Positions 49,620 through 61,149 of a stretch of 64,000 nucleotides of DNA are shown here, one piece after another; within the stretch, counting starts at the first letter, position 1; every line of letters starts with the position of its first letter. A program made the position numbers and the translations under genes. Under the pieces are notes generated by a model. The model made no database searches, had not been told where the DNA came from, and saw only the letters and a list, made by a program, of their open reading frames with translations. Origin of the DNA: Octopus sinensis (Eukaryota); contig NC_042999.1 in NCBI RefSeq assembly GCF_006345805.1, positions 169,012,001-169,076,000 on the forward strand, written 5' to 3'.

Positions 49620-49765
49620 CCTATTTCTTTACTGCCCACAAGGGGCTAAACATAGAGGGGACAAACAAGGACAGACAAAGGGATTAAGTCGATTACATCG
49701 ACCCCAGTGCGTAACTGGTACTTAATTTATCGACCCCGAAAAGATGAAAGGGAAGGTCGACCTAC
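49620..49765 (-). mobile_element. SINE family S2, 3' half
   Basis: TTTCTTTACTGCCCACAAGGGGCTAAAC...GGTCGACCTA. Confidence 0.82.
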
Positions 49766-49920
49766 ATATCCTGTCATTGCCAGGCAATTTTTACAATAGG
49801 TGCTTTTATTTAACTTTTTTTGTTCCATGTCAGACCATGAGGGGGTAGGCAATTTATAAAGTATTAATAAAATATGTTATCTGCTTTGTGTATCCACTTT
49901 GACACTTGTTGAAGTATACG

Positions 49921-50004
49921 TGCATGTGTGTATGCATGTATGTGTGTATGCATGTATGTGTGTATGCATGTATGTGTGTATGCATGTATGTGTGTATGCA
50001 TGTG
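49921..50004. repeat. 16-bp minisatellite (TATGCATGTATGTGTG) x about 5
   Basis: Direct reading. Purely alternating purine/pyrimidine. Confidence 0.9.
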
Positions 50005-50626
50005 ATTATCATCATTAACCATTAATATCTATGTTTCATGCTGACATGTGTTGGACAGTTTGACAGAGTCCAAAACAGACACTGGAGCATGATGCAGTTC
50101 TTCGGCCCATGGTACATTGTACTCTAAAGTCTGCTTTGGTATGGTTTCTACAACTGAATGCCCTCCTAATGCCAACTACTTTACATGTGTACTGGGTATT
50201 TTTTTGTGTCACCAGTACTGCTGAGGTTGCCATGCAGCTCACAAGGCTATGAATCCTGAGAGAAGGGTGGTCTGGTTTTATGCTGGGGGATGAGGGGTTA
50301 GAGTATGAGAGAAGGGTGGAGGCAGAGCAGGTAGAAGAGCTGCATGGTTACTCCCATTTAGTAAGGGAGAGGAAAAGAATTATCAGTAGGCGGTGTGAAG
50401 AGATAGATGAGATGTCAAGGTAGTCCCTCAAGGCATGAAATAAGTAGATATGAGTGGGTGGGGTTATTGCAAGATTGTAAATAGAGCAGAAGCTAAAGGA
50501 ATAAAGAAGCAGCCTGTAACTGTAAAAAAAGTTGGGTAAAGTTGAAGAGTGATGATCAATGAGTCAAGACTTGGAGAGAGTAGAGATGCAGAAGAGAGTA
50601 GGTGGAGGGGAGAACAGAAGGATACT

Positions 50627-51006
50627 GGGAAGCACTCTGTCGGTTACGACGACGAGGGTTCCGGTTGATCCGATCAACGGAAAAGCCTGCTCATGAAATT
50701 AACATGTAAGTGCTGAGCACTCCACAGACACGTGTACCCTTAACGTAGTTCTCGGGGATATTCAGCGTGACACAGAGAGTGACAAGGCCGGCCCTTTGAA
50801 ATACAGGTACAACAGAAACAGGAAGTAAGAGTGAGAGAAAGTTGTGGTGAAAGAGTACAGCAGGGATCACCACCATCCCCTGCCAGAGCCTCGTGGAGCT
50901 TTAGATGTTTTCGCTCAATAAACACTCACAACGCCCAGTCTGGGAATCGAAACCGCGATCCTACGACTTCGAGTCCGCTGCCCTAACCACTGGGCCATTG
51001 CGCCTC
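50627..51006 (-). mobile_element. SINE family S3 (same head and body as 48285, different 3' tail)
   Basis: Head GAGGCGCAATGGCCCAGTGGTTAGGGCAGCGGACTCGAAG on the minus strand. TSD CAGAAGGATACT at 50615-50626 and 51006-51017. Confidence 0.88.
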
Positions 51007-52077
51007 AGAAGGATACTAATGATACAGCTGACAGGGCAAGGATGACAAGAGAGCTGACAAGGTGGGGTTAGGCTACAGGAGCAGGCAGGCATAGTGCATG
51101 ATGAGAAGTAGTTCAGTTCATTGGAGGCAGTAAATCAATGTAACATGTGAGTGGAGAGCACAATATATACAATGTTTTCAGAATTCAGTTTTGCCTTGGT
51201 GGACATCATCATCATTTAATGTTTGTCTTCCATACTGGTTTGACAAGGGCCAAAACAGTAGACATTAGTGTCAAGTTCCAATGTCTATCTTGGCATGACT
51301 TTCCCTGGATATTCTTCCTAACACCAATCACTTTACAAAGTGTACTAGGTGCCTTTTTACATCACACCCACACTATTGAGGTCACCCAGTAACTGTCAAG
51401 ACAAAAAAAAAAAAGAAGCCTCCCTGAGTGGGGTCATAATAGTGTAGCAGGTGGTTTTATGCCATGTGGTGAGAACCTAAAGTATGATAGAGGGGCAAGC
51501 ACAGGTGTCTTCCTATAGAGGAGATACAATGCTATCCTGCATTATGTAAGGGTGGGGAAAGTAGCAAGAAAGATGATGATGTTAGTGATGAGGTTTCAGA
51601 GCAGACTCTCAACACCAATCACACGTCTGTATATCCATTGATATATGTGTGTTCATATATGATATATACATTGATATGCTGATCTTGACCTGACTTGGTG
51701 TCCTATTATTAAAAATCCTTGATACAAATGAATCCTACAAATAATTATATATATATATATATAATTATTGTTATTCAGCCATGAAACGATCGTAGTGTTT
51801 TACTCTTTATCTTTTATTAAACTTTTAATACTTTTGATATTTATATAACAAATAAATAAATAAATAAATAAACAAATAAATTAATAAATAAAATAATATA
51901 TAAATATAAAAATATACATACATATATATATATATATATTTGTATATATATATTTAAAATTTATAAGTTTAAATTATTTAAATAATTTTTTAATTTTTAT
52001 ATTTTTAAATTAATTTTATGTATTGGCTTATGTTTTTCACTGTTTGATTTGCCTAATAGTGGTTTTATCTCTAATTA

Positions 52078-52159
<82 letters not shown>

Positions 52160-52162
52160 ATA

Positions 52163-52725
52163 TCTATATATATAAAACTGTAGTTGTGTGAGTGTCTGTC
52201 CCCTTCGATTTAGATTCCTAACTACTCCCACATTTTGCGGTGCAGTTTAACCAAATTCGAGTATCTTATAGTCGTGATTAATATCGAGCCCGTCTGGCTA
52301 TTAGCGCGCGTCTACGATGAGTCTACGATTTAAAAAATAATTTAACATCATTTCTTATTCCATTTTAATGCATAATTTTTCGTGTGTCGATGGCGACGGA
52401 GTTGGCGTCCATGGTCACAGCTGCACCTGTTTGCTTCTCCCCCTTCTTCCCTCCCTCGTGAAGCTGTGGGGAAGGGAGTGTAAGGAAATCAACGTCGTAA
52501 AGCGTTGTCAAGGAGACCAGCGTTCTTTTAGAACAACGACTTCATGGCTTGAAGACACCAAAACAGAAAATGTCTACGATGAGTCAACGATTTAAAAAAA
52601 ATTTATCATGATTTTTTTTCCATTTTTAATGCATTTTTTTTGCTATTTTTTGGCTATAACTCTCTAAAAATGTTTATATAGTTATTTCCCTTACAAACCC
52701 GAGCAACGCCGGGTGATACTGCTAG
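52163..52725 (+). mobile_element. Non-autonomous Helitron (family C)
   Basis: A|TCTATATATATAAAACTG...CCCGAGCAACGCCGGG-TGATACTGCTAG|T. Confidence 0.82.
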
Positions 52726-52739
52726 TCTATATATAAAGG

Positions 52740-53063
52740 AGAGCACTCTGTCGGTTATGACGACAAGGGTCCCAGCTGATACGATCAAAGGAACAGCTTG
52801 CTCATGAAATTAACGTGCAAGCAGCTGAGCATTCCACAGACACGTGTTCCCTTAAAGTGTTCAGGGAAATTTAACATGATACAGAGTGTGTCAAGGTTGG
52901 CCCTTTTGAAATACAAGTACTACTCATTTTTGCCAGCTGAGTGGACTGGAGCAGTGTGAAATAAAGTGTCTTGGTCAAGGAAACAACGAGTCTCCGGGAA
53001 TTGAACTCATGACCTTACAATCATGAGCCGAATGCCCTAACCACTAAGCCATGCACCTTCACA

Positions 53064-53065
<2 letters not shown>
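52740..53065 (-). mobile_element. S3-related SINE (older)
   Basis: Shares its 3' part with the 50627 copy (GCACTCTGTCGGTTA...). tRNA-like head near 53060. Confidence 0.7.
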
Positions 53066-53104
<39 letters not shown>

Positions 53105-53240
53105 TTGAATGTTGATAATTTATTGAATAAGAAAATTAAAATAATGTCTGTGGGACGTTTCTGCATGGAAAGCAAATAGATCTGGATACCATACTTAATG
53201 TGCTGAGCTGAAAATATTTTCTAATCAATTGAAATTACTG

Positions 53241-53352
53241 AAATGATTGAAACCAGTAAAAGATAAATACTAATGTCTGTACTTCTCATTACAGTTAATT
53301 GTAATGAGAGGTACAGACATTAGTATTTAACTCTTACTGGTTTCAGTCATTT
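53241..53352. repeat. 53-bp inverted repeat with a 6-nt loop, overlapping the tail of a degenerate S1 SINE (about 53330-53530, minus strand)
   Basis: 53241-53293 versus the reverse complement of 53300-53352: 4 mismatches, loop GTTAAT. Confidence 0.9.
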
Positions 53353-54067
53353 GACTGGCCATACTGGGGCACCGTCTTGAAGGGTTTAGTCGAACAGATT
53401 GTTCCCCGTACTCATCTTTTTTTAAACCCGGTACTTATTCTTTTGGTAGAAGACACTTGCCAAAGGTGTCCTGAATTCGAAACTACATGATTGCGAAGAG
53501 AACTTCTGATGAATCAATAGCTATGCCTGCGACTGTAATAAATCTTACGAACACACAGACACACACACACAGAAAAGCTTCTCAGAGGGAAGGGAGGTTA
53601 CTCTCGAAATTTCTGTAACTGGATTGAGGTTATATCTTTGGCAGCTTTGATAACTCTGATCATGTATCATGCTATGCTTTACTGAGGAAATATTAGACCT
53701 TCTTAGTGAAGCATAACCTTCTAGTTAGGCCAAAATCTCAGAATGACTAATTTCAGTTTTATTGGATCGCCTTAATGTCTAGTGTTCCAGAGTCTTGGGA
53801 GTGGACTCTGCTTCACAAAGATAAGACCGAAACCTATTCAGAGTTGTCCCTACAGCTGCAAAGACCAGATTTACTTGCTCACCTCCTACTTAGCTCTAAT
53901 TCTGGTCAGTTGAAATTTGGTTAGTTCACACCTTTTTCTCTCTTTAGAATACTTTTCATTAACGTACTTATAATTTCAGCTGATCAGGAATTATTTTCGT
54001 TTTTATCGTACATAACGAAATGTTCTTCGCATAGAAGGCACTTTGAGAATTTTATCACTATCATTAA

Positions 54068-54282
54068 TTATTTCTTTACTACCCACAAGGGGCTAAACAC
54101 AGAGGGGACAAACAATGACAGACATCGACCCCAGTGCGTAACTGGTACTTAATTTATCGACTCCGAAAGGATGAAAGGCAAAGTCGACCTCGGCCGAATT
54201 TGAACTCAGAACGTAACGGCAGACAAAATACGGCTTAGCATTTCTCCCGACGTGCTAACGGTTCTGCCAGCTCGCCCGCCTT
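54068..54282 (-). mobile_element. SINE family S2
   Basis: Full body match, with the head near 54280. Confidence 0.86.
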
Positions 54283-54649
54283 ATCATTAATACAGATAGT
54301 TTTCTCCGTTTTGTCACTAAAAAACATTTGGTACTTTTGTACCGACTGACCCTTTCCTTCCTTCTGATATCTTCCTCTAACTTCCACTTTTTCATTACCC
54401 TCATTTCACAGTAAATGTTCCGAAACGCAATTGTGACGATGCTTCTGCAATTCCTCCTCTCCCCATCGTCTTTCGCTCTCTCTCTCTCTCCAGTAACCTC
54501 CCTTCATCTATCTCATTCTCACTAATCTTTCTAGATTTTTGCACAAAATACTTGCTTTCGATTTTAGTTTCTCTCTGTATTGTTCGAACTCCAGTTTTTT
54601 TCCTTTTCATGAGTGAACATGCACACATATACTCTAATGTATATATATA

Positions 54650-54702
<53 letters not shown>

Positions 54703-54918
54703 CATACAAGTAATAAGTGAGGGACCACATGTGGTCACTCTAACGCTAGAAATAGATCCGCAAAGGGAATCCACCACTAAAGAATTGTTCTCAAGCATTA
54801 ATTCAACACGCCAAGAATTTTTACTGTATCACAGTTTTTTCACGCTAGGCCACTTGGTGTTTTAAATTGATGTTATTAATTAATATTCAATTTTTTCACC
54901 CTTATTGTGATTTTAATT

Positions 54919-54951
<33 letters not shown>

Positions 54952-55042
54952 CTTTTAAGTATATTACTCTACCACTGGTATTTGAGTACTCTTTTTTCCA
55001 CCTTGTTTCACATTTATGTGTTTACTCCGCTATATATATATA

Positions 55043-55200
55043 TGACAATTAGTCGGTTGCCATAATAAAACTCAGAGTTTCGGATGTCAGGGCGGGATTC
55101 TGAGTTTTATTATGGCAACCAACACTAATTGTCACATATTCTATTATAGATAGATTCCTCTATTTACATAATATCGAGGTCTCATTCATTCTTTTGTTGT
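55043..55200. repeat. Hairpin-containing repeat, second copy of the 33041-33195 family
   Basis: Arms 55043-55075/55099-55134. The downstream ATTCCTCTATTTACATAA(G/T)ATCGAGGTCTC is shared with the 33.1-kb copy. Confidence 0.8.
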
Positions 55201-55559
55201 CATATTATTATTGGTACTATTATCATTATTTGCTTCCTGATATTCAGTTTTTAATGACCTATCTTAATTAGGTTAATACCAGCTCTGGTTTTCACGCCGT
55301 ATTTTTTGCAACCCACGAATCACTAATAACCGATTCTCCACCCCCCACTTCTTGCTGCTACTATTATTTCGCCCATGTGTAGGTCAGCAGATCCGCAAGC
55401 TGATAGCTTTGGTAGGTTGTAATACAAGTTGGTAGGTTGTAATAAGACATTGAGAAAAAGATAGATACGGATAAGATATACTCATGTAATGAGAACATTA
55501 ATCCAAGAGACAAAGATAAGAGGTAGAAATATATGAAGAGATAGTAGGAGAAACTAATT

Positions 55560-56204
55560 AATTAAAAAATAAAAAAGGTGGGAATAAAAGAAATTGTAGA
55601 AAACTGGACAGGAGAAAGAAGCGTAAGAGAAAAAGTCTTCAGCGCACGTTATTTGCATTTGTGGTGTAATGTAAGGGGAAGAAGCACCTTGTAAAATGAC
55701 AGTTGAAAAGGAGGGGCAAGGTGAGATAAAGATGGATAAACTGAAATGAAGGTATTGAAGCAAGAGTAAAAGAAAAAGTAAAAATAGGAGAAAGAAATGA
55801 ATAGAAAGAGAAAGAAAGTTATAAAAGGTAGGTGAAAATCGGTTAGTGGTGAAGAAGAAGAAGAGGAAGAAGAAATATAGGTAAAAGGAGGAGATGGTGC
55901 GAGAATAAGCGTGGTGGGAGGAGATGAAACTGGTAAGAGGTAAGTGAATAAGGTCATGGGTGCAACGAGAGAAGGGAGATAAATGTGAATGTGTGAGGGC
56001 AGAGGCAAAGAAAGTGCAGAGAGGGAAAGCGGAAGGAGGGTGGTGGTGGTGGTGGGAGAGAGAAACGAGGGTGCGAGGAGGAGGAGGAGGATGCTTGGAA
56101 GGGAGTAGGAGGTAAAAAAAAAGGTGAACGAAACGAGAGAGGGAAGAGAGAAATCGGGACCCTGAGAAAGAATATAGGAGGAGGAAGTGGAGAGGGAAGA
56201 AGAA
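55560..56204. repeat. Low-complexity polypurine (GA-rich) tract
   Basis: The plus strand is overwhelmingly A/G. It produces the spurious S/L/F-rich minus-strand ORFs. Confidence 0.85.
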
Positions 56205-56499
56205 GAAGAAGTGAGTGGAGCAAGGAAGGAGGAGGTGGAGAGAGGAAAGACTGGGAAGAAGAAGAAGTAGAAGAAGTGAGTGGAGCAAGGAAGGAGGAGG
56301 TGGAGAGAGGAAAGACTGGGAAGAAGAAGAAGTAGAAGAAGTGAGTGGAGCAAGGAAGGAGGAGGTGGAGAGAGGAAAGACTGGGAAGAAGAAGAAGTAG
56401 AAGAAGTGAGTGGAGCAAGGAAGGAGGAGGTGGAGAGAGGAAAGACTGGGAAGAAGAAGAAGTAGAAGAAGTGAGTGGAGCAAGGAAGGAGGAGGTGGA
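56205..56499 (+). repeat. 65-bp purine-rich tandem repeat, four identical full units plus one partial
   Basis: GTGAGTGGAGCAAGG recurs at 56211, 56276, 56341, 56406 and 56471. Confidence 0.95.
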
Positions 56500-56869
56500 A
56501 AGCTGCATCAAACATTTGAACGGAGCCTTGATTCGAGTCGATTTTTATTAAAACGAGAAAGGAAGTCGAAAAGCGAGTGCGGCGGTGGCAATTCGTGTGT
56601 TCGTCGTATCGGGGTTGTCGCATCTCCCTTCCTCGGCTCTCATCTTTTTTTGTTGTTGTTGTTGTTGGGGATCCCACCTCCCCCCCTCTCGAAACCAAAA
56701 CACAAAAAAAGGACAACACAAAACGGACCTTAAAACCGGGGGACAGGAAAGAAAATCGTCAGAAATCAACAGAATCTAATGAGGAAAACTCCCGCGACCA
56801 CACACACTCGATCATGGATTGTCTATCTTATTTATCGTCGTATTTTTCTTGTGTGTTAACCAGATAAAA
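56500..56869 (+). promoter_or_regulatory. CpG-rich putative promoter / non-coding first exon of scrib (start position uncertain)
   Basis: Abrupt rise in CpG density in a CpG-poor window. Donor-like AAAA|GTGAGT at 56870 can pair with the acceptor TTTTTTTTGTTTCTTCTTCAG| ending at 57601. Inferred without transcript data. Confidence 0.45.
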
Positions 56870-57601
56870 GTGAGTGTGTCACGCACTTGTCGTGTTCGTC
56901 TCATCGTCACTATCCTGTCCACCATCCATTCGGAATTTGAAAAAGGAGGGGAGATGGACAACAGTCGCTGTAAAATGGATGTCTTTCAGGAATGTGTAGC
57001 AGTCATTAATACGAGGTAGAAAGGCTAAGGAAACTATAAATACACACACACTGAGTGAAAGTGAGAGACACAGGCCTGGCTTGGTGTGTTGCTGGCTATT
57101 TATACGCACAGACATATTTGTGAACACACCAACAGGCTTTCAAAACGGAATACAGACATTATTGGCGCTCAGCAACAAAGATCGCAACAGACACTTGAAA
57201 TATATGCAGAGGCATAAATTTCTACACACACAGACACACATCCATCTATCTATCTTATTTATCTAAAAAAAGTAACAACAGTATGTAACTTTCTAAGCAA
57301 GTGAAGTGTCAAATTGCAAAAGATAAAACCCGTTTACCAACAAGGAAAAGGAAAATACCATTAAAAGTAATTAAGGAAAAAAGTTGTCCTTTAAAACACA
57401 AAAATCTAATTGTAAAAATGTGAATCGTCATGCAGAAAGCTGGTTCTTTTTCTGTTGAATGATGTGAAAGTTTTGATGATAAAACCTCGACCACCACCAA
57501 TGATTATTGGCAACAGATCGTGATTTTTATAGCTAAATAATTTAATACGACCAACAACTGAAGAAAAAATCTAGGGTGATTTTTTTTTGTTTCTTCTTCA
57601 G

Positions 57602-58101
<500 letters not shown>

Positions 58102-59059
58102 TAATTAATAATAGCTTAATATGAACAATCACATGTTTTGAGATTAATTAGCCCTCCACATCCTCTGTTTTTATTTTGTTTATCCTGACAACTGTGTTGC
58201 GATTATTTTGTCTCAATCTAATTAAGACTCGACAACAATTAATTGTATTTAGATTCCTGAGTTGTGAGTCCATCATGTCTAATCGTCTTCTTCCCAACGC
58301 ATTTAACTGTTTGATTAAAACGGAATATAGAAACCATTATCATGGAATTTTGAAGGCAGTGGGACATTTTACAAACACTAGATTAGCAGTTGGGTACTAT
58401 TTTATGGTACCTCAGTACCTCATTTCCTCACTGGTTCGTGTGTCACTTTAATTACATCTCTATGGTGCGCGTGGTAATGTAATGTATCCATATTTGCCTT
58501 CAATTTATGGTTGACAATCATTATTAGTACCAAAGATGAGGAATGTCACGTTTATGTCGTGTTAAGCGACATAATTTATAAAACGGTTGCATCCGGGAAT
58601 CGAAACCGGTTCGTCAACTCTCGGATCCCGTTCAAGCTCTTATTTATTTTTGAAGCTATCATTTTTTATCCAGCGTGTTTAGAGTTTAATGTTTTTGTAA
58701 AACTTGTCTCCATGCAGCAGCAATCGGCGATTGCAAGGAAGACTACATTTCCTTCTTCTAACAAAAGGTTAAATATAACTTCAATAATTTTGTCAGGAAT
58801 ATTTTCATAATCACTTTCAAATGCAAGGAATCCCCTTTTTTTTTTGTGTGTTAAAGGTCCTGATTTACTGCAAAATAATTGCCCACAAAAACACCTCATC
58901 ACGAAAAGAGGGTCGGAGTCATTTCATTTCGCTGATGCCCTTGAAAAATATTATACAAACGTCTTAATAATTTATCCACTTCCCTACAAAATTCAAGGAC
59001 CTAATGTAAGAAATCAATATTGGTTGTATGCAGCAATTAGTCTTTTATATATATATATA

Positions 59060-59430
59060 CTAGCAGTATCGCCCGGCGTTGCTCGGGTTTGTAAGGGAAA
59101 TAACTATATAAGCATTTTTAGAGAGTTATAGCCAAAAAAATGCATTAAAAATGGAAAAAAAATGATGGTAAATTTTTTTTAAATCGTTGACTCATCGTAG
59201 ACATTTTTAGAGAGTTACTTCCCTTATATAATAGCGAAAAAATGCATTAAAATGGAAAAAAATGATGGTAAATTTTTTTTTAAATCGTAGACTCATCGTA
59301 GACGCGCGCTAATACCCCGAAGGGCTCGATATGAATCACGACTATAAGATACCTGGTTTTGGTTAAACTGCACCGCAAAATGTGGGAGTAGTTAGGAATC
59401 TAAATCGTAGGAGACTTTTATATATAAAGA
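59060..59430 (-). mobile_element. Helitron family C, shorter copy, in the scrib intron
   Basis: Same 3' end (CCCGAGCAACGCCGGGCGATACTGCTAG|T on the minus strand) and body as 52163-52725, but lacking its ~220-bp insert. Confidence 0.85.
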
Positions 59431-59575
59431 TATAGATATATATATAGCAATTAAGGGTAAAACTAATTAATTACGAAGTAATCAATAAATTTCACCAAGT
59501 AGAATTCGGTATGAAAACAGGACCGTTATACGGTAAATTCTAGTAATACTAATAATACTATATATACAATATTAG

Positions 59576-59606
<31 letters not shown>

Positions 59607-61149
59607 GCGAACAATTAAATTGAAACATTTTATCCTTCACCTCCCTTTAACAAATATGGTTTCCTACTTTACACAGTCTTTACAAGTTTCAGTAAAATAG
59701 TTGTTAATTTTTTCTTGATTAATCATCAGTAGCATGGATTATTCCTGTTAAGTGTCTTTTTGTAAACAAGTCTGCCACATTCGATGGCCATCTCTAATCC
59801 GTGGTAGATAAACTATTTACCAACATTTTTTTCACTGTTTCGTGGGAGTTATCCCACAAGTAGCCATTATTACTTTCTATCTTTTTCGATCATTTTTCAC
59901 TTTCTTTTGATGTCATGTTTTGTTTTCTTTCAATATTTTCGAAAGAAAAAAACAATGACAAACCAAAACATGATTGAATTAATATTATTACTTCTTCATA
60001 ATTTTGCAATCTAGGCCTTGATTTTTTTTTTTTATTAATTCTTTAAAATAAAAACTGCTGGAAGTTTTTTTTTTTTTTTCTTCTTCCTATTCAAATAATC
60101 TGATAATTGTCTATTTTTTGTGTGAAAATTTCACATTCCTCCTCATCACTGCTGCTCCCAGTTTTTATTTACGCCGCTTTCCTTCCATTTTGTCGAATCG
60201 CTCAATAAAATAATTGTAAACAAAAAGAAGACGTTCAAACATTTCCCTCTAACCTATTTCCACTAAAACTGACATATTTTTCGAGTGACAGATTGAATGT
60301 ATTTATAGGATATTTTTTTCACTCTCTGACTCAAAAATCCTGCCATGGTCGACTTAGCCTTTCATTTCTTTTAGATCCATATAGAATGTATCGGACATGA
60401 ATTGAGTAAACTGTTACACACTCGTACCACACCGAAAGACCATTAAAATAACATTCATATCTAGTTTATTACGGGAAATTTGCTGTTCTCGCAAATATCT
60501 ACTTCAGCTTTCTTTGTGGCGTTGTGTATGTGTAACAGGCGATAAAAAAGTTTATGTTCATTCTCTTTGTATCAGAGGAAATGGTTCTCTAATGAAAGAT
60601 TCTGTTTTAACCTTAACACATTCCCTTTCACAAGTATCTAACCCTAACCCTTAATTTTTTTGCTGTTTACTGAAATATGTCTGTCGTCATTTAAGGCCAG
60701 GCTAGCTTTGAGTAAGTAATACTATGGTTAATGTGTTCTAGCCACAAACAACCGTCCCATCTTATTCCAGTGTATGCAGAAGGATTCTGTGAATCCTTCC
60801 CGTCTTAAGATGGTAAGGTGTTGTTTGAGGGGAATTTAACTTCTATCGCCGACTTAAAGGCTGTTTTGCTTGCTCGAAATGGTGGTTGTTGACCTATGAC
60901 CAAAGCTATTCCAGCTGCATTCCGTCAATTGTGGAAAACATCCATGTCAACGGCTGTCTAGTTGTGCCCTTCCCTTTATAAGAACGTGATTTGAAGGAAA
61001 TGAAACTACGATTGCAAGCACGTCAAATGACCAAATAAGACCCTCAATCGCTGGTTCGTGATGACTGTATTAGTTATTTAGACCCATGCCAAACCAGGCT
61101 ACAATCAAATAATATTTCAAAATGAACCATGTATTTTAATCAAGACCTC

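Noticed and set aside
55554-56733. 300-350-aa minus-strand ORFs and the plus-strand MEQGRRRW ORFs
   Set aside because: Products of the polypurine tract and the 65-bp repeat. Stop codons are rare in pyrimidine-only strands, and there is no domain signal.
56548-56769. Possible divergent gene head-to-head with scrib
   Set aside because: Short ORF with no recognisable homology, and no further minus-strand exons were identified upstream. It cannot be supported from sequence alone.
60638-60655. CTAACCCTAACCC telomere-like motif (and degenerate CCTAAT/CCTAAA at about 48100)
   Set aside because: Only about two units, which is expected by chance or inside old repeats.
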